From Candidatus Bathyarchaeia archaeon (lineage in GTDB: Archaea > Thermoproteota > Bathyarchaeia > Bathyarchaeales > Bathycorpusculaceae), in the NCBI GenBank assembly GCA_037481775.1, contig JBBFKZ010000007.1, forward strand, positions 1 to 55,947: a DNA stretch of 55,947 nucleotides, written 5' to 3'. The notes under the pieces were generated by a model. It had not been told where the DNA came from. It made no database searches and saw nothing but the letters and a program-made list of their open reading frames with translations. The position numbers and the translations under genes are program-made. Below are positions 47,773 to 55,947 of this stretch, piece by piece (the first letter of the stretch is position 1; each line of letters opens with the position of its first letter).

Positions 47773-48447
47773 TTACGTTGAATTGGAAGTGATGGCGCGG
47801 TAAACAATGTTAGCGATTATTTGTGATCCCTCAGTGTTAGGGTGCACGCCGTCTGGAAAATATTCTGGATGATTGACGAATGGCGTGTAAACATCTATGG
47901 TTGGCAAGCCAAGCGTGCTTGCAACTTGTTCTATGCGGGGAAGTACGCCTTCCACGAAACTCGTGCCGTTCAAATAAAACGTGTTATTGAAGATGGGCGG
48001 AGGCTTTACCAGAAAAATTCGCGGTTTACTTTCAAGCGTTTGAATGCTATTCAGTATTCTCGTGTAGTCGGCTACGAAATTATTTATTTGTTGATAATAG
48101 TCTGCGCGGGCATCGTTTGTTCCAAGCATTATAATCACGGTCGTAGGTTCAAAACGCTTAGCTCGACTGAATGCAGGTTCAAAATAGTATGGTTTGTAGC
48201 TGCTGAAGCTTACCGTTGCTCCGCTAGCACCAAAATTACCTACAACAGAGGCATTTCCAAGTAACTCTTGCAGATAAGCTGGATAACCACTGTTTTCAGT
48301 AATGCTATCGCCGAGGCAGGCGACGCGGGCTAATTTAAGATTAACGCTCTTGTTCTCCTGATTTTCTAAAAAAATCGCCAATACTCCAACCGTCGTCAAC
48401 AAAAGAATAATGCTAACTATCAAAAGGCTCTGTCTTTTCTTGTTCAT
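47773..48447 (-). CDS. Membrane-anchored SGNH/GDSL hydrolase
   Basis: N-terminal TM; GDSIT, G.SG, GTND, DGVHP. Confidence 0.9.
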   Translation of the reverse strand: MNKKRQSLLIVSIILLLTTVGVLAIFLENQENKSVNLKLARVACLGDSITENSGYPAYLQELLGNASVVGNFGASGATVSFSSYKPYYFEPAFSRAKRFEPTTVIIMLGTNDARADYYQQINNFVADYTRILNSIQTLESKPRIFLVKPPPIFNNTFYLNGTSFVEGVLPRIEQVASTLGLPTIDVYTPFVNHPEYFPDGVHPNTEGSQIIANIVYRAITSNST

Positions 48448-48606
48448 TCAACATCCCTAACATTTTAACAAGTTTATTAATCTAATGCCAAATCCAAAGA
48501 AAGTAAGGCTTAATGTATCTCTGCTTTTTAGAGAATAAAATGGAAATTTTAATTATGTGCTTCGTCCTTCTTAGGAAGCAAAAAGCTTGAGGGAGAACAG
48601 AAGCAA

Positions 48607-49260
48607 ATGAATGCTATAATATTCGGCGCGCCGGGTTCTGGGAAGGGCACTTACGCGTCAAGGCTCAATGCGAAGCTCGGCGTGGAAGTCATCGCGATGG
48701 GCGACATTTTCCGAGAAATCATGAAAGAAGACACCGAATTGGGAAAGAAGGTTAAGAGTTACGTGGAAAAAGGATTACTTGTGCCTGATGAAATCGTTGT
48801 GGACGTGTTGAAGCACCGCTTGACCAACATTTCTAAGGAAAAAGGCTTCATCTTGGATGGTTACCCGCGGACGCTGGAGCAAGCGAAAATTCTAAGCGAC
48901 ATAGCCAAAATAGACGTTATCATCCTACTGATGGTTCCTGACTGGATAATAATCGAGCGGTTGTCCACGCGGCGCATATGCAAGAACTGCGGCGCAGTGT
49001 ACAACATCCGCTTCCTGAAGCCGAAAGTTGAGGGCGTCTGCGATAAGTGCGGTGGATCACTGTATCAGCGCTCAGATGACACGCCAGAGGTCATAAAGAA
49101 GCGCATTCAGATTTATGAGGAACAAACCAAGCCGATCTTGCAGTTCTTTGAAGAGCTTAAGGTGCCTTTTGTCGTGGCTCACTGCGACGCCTTAGATGTG
49201 CCGCCAGATAAGGTGGTAGAAGCCATCTTAAGCGACTTGAAAAAGCTGAAACTAGCCTAG
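48607..49260 (+). CDS. adk: Adenylate kinase (bacterial-type, zinc lid)
   Basis: GAPGSGKGT, GDIFR, LVPD, LDGYPR, CKNC..CDKC, QRSDD. Confidence 0.95.
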   Translation: MNAIIFGAPGSGKGTYASRLNAKLGVEVIAMGDIFREIMKEDTELGKKVKSYVEKGLLVPDEIVVDVLKHRLTNISKEKGFILDGYPRTLEQAKILSDIAKIDVIILLMVPDWIIIERLSTRRICKNCGAVYNIRFLKPKVEGVCDKCGGSLYQRSDDTPEVIKKRIQIYEEQTKPILQFFEELKVPFVVAHCDALDVPPDKVVEAILSDLKKLKLA

Positions 49261-49688
49261 ATGTCGAGAATAAACTCCAGCGTGACTTTCTCTATTTCCT
49301 TAATAACCATCATCCGATGATACGTGACGGCTTTAACAGCTACCTTCTGCGTGTGCTTCGCAGGGTTGAATTTTTCGCCCCACACGGTTGCTTTGATTTT
49401 GAAACCCACTGGAGTTTCTTGCAGGCTTGAGATTTTGAATTTTGAGTAAAGCATATTCTGGGTTTCAAACTTTACAAGCAACGTCTCAAGCCACGTATAC
49501 AGAAGCGCGTACTCGTCTTCAGCTTCAACTTCGACGGTTTCTTCAATTGCAGGCGCGACTTTCTCGGTGTCAGTCATAACCTCAAACATTGCAAGCGCTG
49601 CATTTTCGTATGCTTCCTCCATGGTTGCGCCGTATGCCGCAATATAGACATCAGCAGTGTGCTCAAGAAACTCAAATTTCTTATCCAT
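49257..49688 (-). CDS. Archease (RtcB activator)
   Basis: FEFLEHTAD, VKAVTYH, terminal DI. Confidence 0.95.
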   Translation of the reverse strand: MDKKFEFLEHTADVYIAAYGATMEEAYENAALAMFEVMTDTEKVAPAIEETVEVEAEDEYALLYTWLETLLVKFETQNMLYSKFKISSLQETPVGFKIKATVWGEKFNPAKHTQKVAVKAVTYHRMMVIKEIEKVTLEFILDI

Positions 49689-49770
49689 GGCTAAGCGCCT
49701 TCAATAAAAATAAGTGGAAAAGCTAAAAATGATTTCGCATTTGACTGCCAATGCCTGCTAATAGCTTAGG

Positions 49771-50814
49771 TTAGAATTGCTTTTGGAGTTTCTGAATTGC
49801 CGCTGCCACCAGTTTCGCTGCGTTCTCCGCGTCTTTCAAGCTGAGCATGCCCGTTGGGCTATGGATGTAGCGCGTTGCCACTGACACGGTGCCGCTTGGA
49901 ACGCCTTGCCTTGTGAGGGATATACGTGCGGCATCCGTTGTGCCTGGCAAGCCTGTTTCAAGCTGATAGGCAATTTTGTTTTCTTCCGCCACGTCAAGAA
50001 GAAGACGCAGAATTTTTGGGTGCGTGATTAATCCGGCGTCGGCGACTGTTAGCGCTGGGCCTTTGCCCATTTTCATGTTTGACTCGAATTCTTTTACGCC
50101 TGGCACGTCGCCAGCTACGGTGACATCCAAGGCGATGCCGACATCAGGGTCTATGCCGAAGGCGGAGGTTGTCGCGCCTCTTAAGCCAACTTCTTCCTGA
50201 ACAGTGCCCACGGCGTATATAGTACAGTCGGTTTTTTCCAGCATTTTCAGGACTTCAATCATTATGGCGCAGCCAACGCGGTCGTCAAAAGCCTTGCCAA
50301 TTACCACATCATCACTTATCTTCGCGTACTTCACGTCAAAAACCACTGGGTCACCTATTTTAACGCCTTTCGTTTCCGCGTCTTCACGGCTTGCCGCGCC
50401 GATGTCGATGAAAAGCTCGTCATAAGCGACGATTTTCTTGCGTTCTTCTTCTTTTTGTATGTGCGGCGGCTTCGAGCCTATTATACCATGCAAAAGTCCC
50501 TTCTTGGTGTGAACCAGCACTTTTTGAGCCAGCAGGATGCGGTCGTCGATTCCACCCATCTTTACAAACTGAAGAAACCCCTCTTTGGTGATTGTTTTCA
50601 CCATTAAGCCTATTTCATCTATGTGTGCTGCAAGCATTACCTTCGGCGAGGACTTCTTACCTTTTTTTACGCCAATAACATTCTCAAGTCTATCAACGGT
50701 GATTTCGTCCACATAAGGTTTCATCAGCTTAATTAGCAGGTTGCGGACTTCTTCTTCTCGACCTGTTACACCGTAAGCGTTGGAAAGTTTTTCTAAATTT
50801 TCAGATAACGACAT
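49771..50814 (-). CDS. M42 (TET) aminopeptidase
   Basis: AAHIDEIG, KAFDDR, QEEVGLRGA, GTTDA, RYIHSP. Confidence 0.94.
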   Translation of the reverse strand: MSLSENLEKLSNAYGVTGREEEVRNLLIKLMKPYVDEITVDRLENVIGVKKGKKSSPKVMLAAHIDEIGLMVKTITKEGFLQFVKMGGIDDRILLAQKVLVHTKKGLLHGIIGSKPPHIQKEEERKKIVAYDELFIDIGAASREDAETKGVKIGDPVVFDVKYAKISDDVVIGKAFDDRVGCAIMIEVLKMLEKTDCTIYAVGTVQEEVGLRGATTSAFGIDPDVGIALDVTVAGDVPGVKEFESNMKMGKGPALTVADAGLITHPKILRLLLDVAEENKIAYQLETGLPGTTDAARISLTRQGVPSGTVSVATRYIHSPTGMLSLKDAENAAKLVAAAIQKLQKQF

Positions 50815-50957
50815 ATCTTATCCACTTTAATTGTTATAGCAACAAGTCTGTAGTTCACATTATTAAATGATTATGGTAATATTTCAGTTTGATTAAAGCA
50901 TACGCAGAGATTAGGCCGTGGCAAGGGAGTTTTTTGAAAAAATGGCTCTTGCCGCTG

Positions 50958-51551
50958 TTAATGCAGATCCGCTGTCTCGCCATTTGGTTTCAGTGCTTTT
51001 GTTATCCGTGAGTAGAGCAAGTATGCGGGAATTATGTTGATTAAGCCTTGCGTTATGTTGAACAGCGCGATTGGCGCAAGCAGGCCAACAACGACGGCTT
51101 CAGGTATTCCATAGAAAAGTTGCAGTAGATAGTAGTTGGCCACTGTCATGACAACAACGCGTGCCGCTATTGCAAGCGCTGATTTCCAAATGATGTTTCG
51201 CTTTAACAAGGCGAAGCCTAGAAGGGTGGCTAGCTCGGCAAGCAGCTTGAAAACGCCTCCAGGCACATTTCCTCTTAAGAAAATTATTGAGCACCCGATT
51301 AGGCTTGTGTAGACGCCGGCTATTGGCCCATAAAAGAGGACGCTAACCATCATAGGTACTCCTGTGATGTCCCAGGAGATTTTAGGATAAATTGGAAATG
51401 GAATATCAAAAGGCGGCCCAGGCGTGATTTCCCATAAAGCAGCTAAAGCGCCGAGGAGGCTGGCGGCTGCAACAGCTTTTGTCTTAATTTTTCGGGAATT
51501 GTACGGAGGCATAAATTGGAATGGCTTGACGGAAATAAAATTCTTTTGCAA
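50958..51551 (-). CDS. ECF transporter S component; probable start ATG at 51512
   Basis: About 5-6 TM helices, PFP....WD..GVP, YGP..G, FN..QG. Confidence 0.75.
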   Translation of the reverse strand: MQKNFISVKPFQFMPPYNSRKIKTKAVAAASLLGALAALWEITPGPPFDIPFPIYPKISWDITGVPMMVSVLFYGPIAGVYTSLIGCSIIFLRGNVPGGVFKLLAELATLLGFALLKRNIIWKSALAIAARVVVMTVANYYLLQLFYGIPEAVVVGLLAPIALFNITQGLINIIPAYLLYSRITKALKPNGETADLH

Positions 51552-51699
51552 ATGACTATGCTGCTCCCTGCTCTTTGAGCCAACGGGAAGAGTGAAAGAG
51601 GGGTGGAAAACGAGGCGTTAGCGTCATTCGAAATCTCGCAGACTTGTGATAATTCTTAAATTGCTAAACCGCATTCAAACACAGCTATGGTGAAAAAGT

Positions 51700-52632
51700 T
51701 TGAGTGAACAACCAGCTTTCAGAAAAGTTTTCATTTTTCTAGACACCGACAAATACTGCAGCCCGTTCGACATGCTTGTTGCTTTGGACGCTTTCCCGGA
51801 CTCAATGATATTCAAGTATGAAAACGTCACTGACGAGGATGCGCCGAAAATAGTCTATGACCTGCTGTTTCCACGCGGCCCCGAAGGGGCAAAGCATACC
51901 AAGATATTCATTAACGGCAGCAACTTTGACATGGTCAACAAGGTCGTTGACGCGACACTAAAATGCATGAAATCCGCGCCATGGGGAAACTCGATAATCG
52001 TGGATCCACGAGGCGGCTACTCAACTGCCGCTGCTGCGGTGGCGAAAACACTTGGCTTGTCGCTTGAGAAGGGATTCGGCAACTTGGAAGGCAAAAACGT
52101 GACGGTGCTTGCTGGCACAGGCCCGGTTGGTCAGACAGCCGCTAGAATCTACGCTTCGGAAAAAGCCAACGTAACCATAACCAGCCGTTCAATGGCGAAG
52201 GGCCAGGCGGTGGCTGACAAAATCAACAAGGAAGTAGGTGCAGAGCGGGTTAAAGTTGTTGAGGTAGCGAGTCCTGAACAAACAGCGGCAGCAGTCAAAG
52301 ACGCGGAGATAATTCTTGCTGCAGGTGCAGGCGGAGTGCAGTTGCTTTCTAAGGCAGATTTAGACAAGGCTCCTAAATGCAAAATAGTCGCGGACATAAA
52401 CGCCATCAAGCCGCTTGGCGTAGAAGGCTTAGGCTCAAACGATGACGGCAAAGAGCTTAAACCCGGACTCTATGGTATAGGCGCGTTGGCTATTGGAAAA
52501 CTGAAAATCAAAATTGAAAAAGAAATGATAACGCGGGCAACACTGGAGCCGCAGGGCCTCTTCGACTACGCAGCAGCTTATGAAATAGGCAAAAGCTCGA
52601 TACTGAAGAAACTCGCTAAAGCCGCAAAATAA
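51700..52632 (+). CDS. NAD(P)-dependent methylene-H4MPT/H4F dehydrogenase (MtdA/MtdB-like)
   Basis: SPFD..VA.DA, FPRGP.G, DPRGGYSTAAA, GTGPVG, ADINA..P.G, GIGALAIG..K. Confidence 0.85.
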   Translation: MSEQPAFRKVFIFLDTDKYCSPFDMLVALDAFPDSMIFKYENVTDEDAPKIVYDLLFPRGPEGAKHTKIFINGSNFDMVNKVVDATLKCMKSAPWGNSIIVDPRGGYSTAAAAVAKTLGLSLEKGFGNLEGKNVTVLAGTGPVGQTAARIYASEKANVTITSRSMAKGQAVADKINKEVGAERVKVVEVASPEQTAAAVKDAEIILAAGAGGVQLLSKADLDKAPKCKIVADINAIKPLGVEGLGSNDDGKELKPGLYGIGALAIGKLKIKIEKEMITRATLEPQGLFDYAAAYEIGKSSILKKLAKAAK

Positions 52633-52654
52633 AGCGGCTTCAACTTTCCACTTT

Positions 52655-53716
52655 TTAAGCTGCAGCAACGTTTTTTCTCTTTTTCTCCGAGAGTTTACCC
52701 AGCAAATCTAATGCTTTATCTCCAGCACTAACGGTTTTGGCGCGCAAGAACCCAGCTTGCTCTGCGCCTGAAAATAGTGCTTCACCTTTCTGAGTGCGAA
52801 TTATTGCGAAGCTCCAGCCGTTTAAGCCTAAGCCGCCTATGGATATGTCTGCAAGCTCGCCGCTGAAGTCTCCGCAAGCACTGCAGCCTTTCTGCTGATA
52901 CCGCTTTATTTCTGCAAGCGGAAATTCGATAAGGCCCCGGCTGGTTGTCAGCAGCAGCTTTCCTTTAATGTTCATCTTCTGTATTTCGCTCAAATCCACA
53001 TTTTTCTCTCCATGAAGGTACTCGTCCATTAAACCTTCATAAGTAAAGCAGCCAGAACACATAAGCCCAACCAGCACCTCAATGCAGTCTATCTGCTTCC
53101 TCAGCCCAGATGCCTGCATCTTTCGGATGGCTTGAATTTGACAGGGCATCCCAACAAGGGCTATTCGCCCATTTTTCTGCTCGCGCACGTCGGATAAAAG
53201 CAGAAGATTCGGCGAGCAAGTGTACTTTGAGCCGGCGCACTCCAAAACTTCCTCGAAAGTTGATGCCAAAACGGGTTTGGGATGAAAGGGCTTTTCTCTG
53301 CTTGACGCTACGGCAACGGCACCACAAATGTGTCCAGCTTTAAGCGCGTAAGTCAGCAGCGCCGTGGCAACGCCGCCGTCTTGGCAGCGCTGCAGTATCC
53401 GCGCGTCAGTTGCTTGCGCCGTCGCAAGTTGGCGGTAGATGCCGAATGGCTCGTCGAGTTTTCGGTTTCTTCCAAAAACAAAATTTTCAAGCTGCGTCTG
53501 CGAAAAACCATAGCGAGGGCACGCTTGCGCACACAATCCGCATAATTGGCATTCTTTCACTAAGCGGGGTTTTCCTTGCGTAAGTTGCAGGCAAGCGTAT
53601 GGGCATATGGCGATGCATGCACCGCAGCTTACACATTTGCCCGTTTTAAGAACGTTGGTGGCGAGAGAAGCCTCAAAGCCTATTTTGCCTGTGCTCATGC
53701 AACTAGCATGCGCCAT
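52655..53716 (-). CDS. F420-binding FrhB/FdhB/FpoF-family protein with ferredoxin domain
   Basis: Two CxxCxxCxxxCP motifs, QDGG..TALL, GSKY, VGMPCQ, GLMC, C..C.DF..ELADIS.G. Confidence 0.88.
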   Translation of the reverse strand: MAHASCMSTGKIGFEASLATNVLKTGKCVSCGACIAICPYACLQLTQGKPRLVKECQLCGLCAQACPRYGFSQTQLENFVFGRNRKLDEPFGIYRQLATAQATDARILQRCQDGGVATALLTYALKAGHICGAVAVASSREKPFHPKPVLASTFEEVLECAGSKYTCSPNLLLLSDVREQKNGRIALVGMPCQIQAIRKMQASGLRKQIDCIEVLVGLMCSGCFTYEGLMDEYLHGEKNVDLSEIQKMNIKGKLLLTTSRGLIEFPLAEIKRYQQKGCSACGDFSGELADISIGGLGLNGWSFAIIRTQKGEALFSGAEQAGFLRAKTVSAGDKALDLLGKLSEKKRKNVAAA

Positions 53717-53746
53717 TGAGCATATATAAGCTTACAGCCGCATCGT

Positions 53747-54922
53747 TCATTTGCACCGGGAAAGCGCCGCTATTCTTTTTGCCGCCTCGATTATGCGCTC
53801 TTTCGGCTGTGTTAGAGAGAAACGCACATAGTTTTCTCCGTATTCTCCGAAGCCTATGCCTGGTGTAACCGCCACGCCGACGCTGAGCAGTTTGGTGGCG
53901 AACTCGATGGAGCTGGATTGGCAGTTTAGCCAAACGTAAAATGTGGCTTTAGGCTTATCGCATTTAAAGCCCATTGCACGTAGCTGATCAACCAGCAGAT
54001 CGCGTCTTTCCGCGTAGATCCTATTATTCTCCTTCAGAAAGTCAGGTTGCTCGCGGCCTCTGTAGCTTTCTAGAGCTTTGGCAGCCACCTTTTGTATGTA
54101 AACAGGCGGTCCCGAGTCGATTTGCGACTTAACTTGGGCAAGCCCGTTGATGAGCTGTTTGTTGCCCACCGCGAATGCGATGCGGTCGCCGGTCATGTTG
54201 AAGGTTTTGGAGCACGAGTGGAATTCAATTGCCACGTCCATGGCGCCGTCAATTTCCAAGATGCTGGGCGCATTGTAGCCGTCGAAAGTTATTTCTGAAT
54301 AAGCGTTGTCGTAGCAGAGGATTATGTTGTTTTCACGTGCAAACTCCACTGCTTGCCGCAGGAATCTCTTGTCCACTGCTGCGCCTGTAGGGTTATTCGG
54401 GTAGTTCAGAAACATCATTTTCACTTTTTCCGGGTGCACCGCGTCGAAATCAGGTTTGAAGCCGTTCTCCTCAAGCAGAGGCATCGGAACAGGGACTCCG
54501 TCGTTTAGTATGGTGCTGCCGTTGGCGTAAACTGGGTAACTCGGGTTAGGCACAAGCACATGATCCCCCGGGTTCACGAATGCCCGTGCGATGTTGGCTA
54601 ACCCCTCTTTCGAGCCTATAAGCGCTATGACTTCATCTTTGCCGACGTCAACGCGGAACCGTTTCTTGTACCACGCGGCAACTGCCTCTCGAAATTCGGG
54701 TTCGCCTTGACTTAAGGAGTAATTGTGATTCTTCGGGTTCGCCGCTTCCTCTTTAAGCGCAGAGATAATGAACGGTGGCGGCGGAAGGTCTGGGTCGCCA
54801 ATGCTTAGCGATATGAGGTCTACGCCCTGCGCCTTCTTTTCCTTGATGGTTTTCTCTATTTCAGCGAAAAGATACGGCGGAAGCCGCTTAACCCTATCCG
54901 CAACCTCAAACATGCTTCTCAC
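53747..54922 (-). CDS. dapL: LL-diaminopimelate aminotransferase
   Basis: LPPYLFAEI, GSKEG, NYPNNPTG, DNAY, SCSKTFNMTG.R; in operon with dapF and lysA. Confidence 0.85.
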   Translation of the reverse strand: MRSMFEVADRVKRLPPYLFAEIEKTIKEKKAQGVDLISLSIGDPDLPPPPFIISALKEEAANPKNHNYSLSQGEPEFREAVAAWYKKRFRVDVGKDEVIALIGSKEGLANIARAFVNPGDHVLVPNPSYPVYANGSTILNDGVPVPMPLLEENGFKPDFDAVHPEKVKMMFLNYPNNPTGAAVDKRFLRQAVEFARENNIILCYDNAYSEITFDGYNAPSILEIDGAMDVAIEFHSCSKTFNMTGDRIAFAVGNKQLINGLAQVKSQIDSGPPVYIQKVAAKALESYRGREQPDFLKENNRIYAERRDLLVDQLRAMGFKCDKPKATFYVWLNCQSSSIEFATKLLSVGVAVTPGIGFGEYGENYVRFSLTQPKERIIEAAKRIAALSRCK

Positions 54923-55758
54923 ACGCTCTCCTTAAAGAGGGTTCCCTCAAAAACCTTCTCCGCAGAACCACGCAAAAACAATTGGGTGCCGTTATATTCT
55001 ACTTCTAAATCACCGCCCAACAAATGAACCTGCACTTTACTTCCGACTTTTTTAAGCAAGTTGCCGGCGACAACCGTGGCGCAGGCACCTGTGCCACATG
55101 CAAAGGTTTCTCCGCAGCCGCGCTCCCACACCCTGACTTTCACTTCATTAGCGTTTAGAACCTGCGCGAATTCTACATTGATTCTCTGCTGGAAAACCTG
55201 ATGAGTCTCGATTTTCGGGCCGATTTGCTGCACTGGGAAAGCTTCCACGGCGTCAACGAATATGACGCAATGAGGATTTCCCACTGAAAGGCACGTTACC
55301 TTGTAAGTGTCTCCGTTAACCTGCAAATCCTCATCTATGCATGTGCCTTGCCCATGCATGGGAATCTTGCTGCGCTCCAACGTTGGCGCGCCCATGGCAA
55401 CCTTCACGGAAGTGACCGTGCCGTTTTCCACGGTCAGCCAAGTCTTTTTTAGGCCAGCCAAAGTTTCCACGGTCAACTCGCTTTTTTTGGCGACACCGCT
55501 TTCGTAGCAATACTTAACGAAGCAGCGTATGCCGTTGCCGCACATTTCCGCTTCACTGCCGTCCGCGTTGAAAATCCGCATCTTCACGTCAGCCACTTTT
55601 GAGACGCAGACCAATAGAAGCCCGTCTGCACCTACGGAGAAGCGCCTTTTGCAAAGTTTTTTGGCTAAAGCCGCGGCCTTCTCGCTGCTTATTCTTCCAT
55701 CGCGGTTGTCAATTACGATGTAATCGTTGCCTAATCCATGCATCTTCCAAAATTTCAT
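54919..55758 (-). CDS. dapF: Diaminopimelate epimerase
   Basis: [33 protein letters not shown]; ATG at 55758 overlaps the lysA stop. Confidence 0.96.
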   Translation of the reverse strand: MKFWKMHGLGNDYIVIDNRDGRISSEKAAALAKKLCKRRFSVGADGLLLVCVSKVADVKMRIFNADGSEAEMCGNGIRCFVKYCYESGVAKKSELTVETLAGLKKTWLTVENGTVTSVKVAMGAPTLERSKIPMHGQGTCIDEDLQVNGDTYKVTCLSVGNPHCVIFVDAVEAFPVQQIGPKIETHQVFQQRINVEFAQVLNANEVKVRVWERGCGETFACGTGACATVVAGNLLKKVGSKVQVHLLGGDLEVEYNGTQLFLRGSAEKVFEGTLFKESV

Positions 55759-55947
55759 TGCAACCACTCAGCCACCTGCTGTCCCGCAAGCAAGTCATCC
55801 AGCGCCTCGCGCTTCCTGATTAAGGCGTATCTGCCGCTTTTAACCAGCACCTCTGCTGCGCGAGGTCGGGCATTGTACTGTGAACTCATGGCGAAGCCGT
55901 ATGCTCCCGCGTTAAGAACCGCCAGCAAGTCTCCCTCCTGAATCTTC
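55755..55947 (-). CDS. lysA: Diaminopimelate decarboxylase, C-terminal part (runs off the window)
   Basis: Hand translation [32 protein letters not shown]...IRKRE..DDLL. Confidence 0.9.
   Translation of the reverse strand, partial: KIQEGDLLAVLNAGAYGFAMSSQYNARPRAAEVLVKSGRYALIRKREALDDLLAGQQVAEWLQ

Noticed and set aside
51551-51628. Possible structured RNA between the ECF S-component gene and mtd (AATGAC...GTCATT ends)
   Set aside because: Pairing is imperfect, no box or riboswitch motifs are seen, and the S-component gene looks leaderless
1-55947. CRISPR array, rRNA, IS transposase, archaellum; many antisense ORFs in the track
   Set aside because: No regularly spaced repeats, rRNA or transposase motifs seen; the pilus locus lacks flaH/F/G; nested antisense ORFs are shadows of confident genes

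Overview
Archaeal chromosome segment. Gene content and a non-canonical tRNA intron point to TACK archaea, most likely Bathyarchaeia (inference; no search run). Housekeeping genes: rps10, mre11-rad50, radB, carS, topA, two cation antiporters, N-glycosylation genes (aglB, an AglH/GPT-type transferase, an OSTC/DC2-like subunit), queT, an oxidative-stress/nrdJ-cobO block, two deoxyhypusine synthase paralogues, a split RimK, a MoxR-vWA-TrmB module beside a type IV pilus locus, rtcB, archease, adk, an M42 peptidase, mtd, a frhB-like gene and dapL-dapF-lysA. The main finding is a 3.6-kb AT-rich integrative element (39950-43584) in tRNA-Gly(TCC). It leaves the host's intronless 5' half at its right end and rebuilds the tRNA with its own 5' half, which carries a 19-nt BHB intron at position 29/30. 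Its SSV1-type integrase is split by the att site. On in-silico circularisation the halves join into one 392-aa ORF read antisense through the tRNA half, and this works only because the intron is present (without it the frame hits TAA at once). The element therefore appears to be an obligate tRNA-intron delivery vehicle. Also notable: a candidate translational riboswitch with preQ1-II-like pseudoknot topology upstream of queT, and a 46-bp intergenic repeat in three copies. All structures and family calls are by eye.
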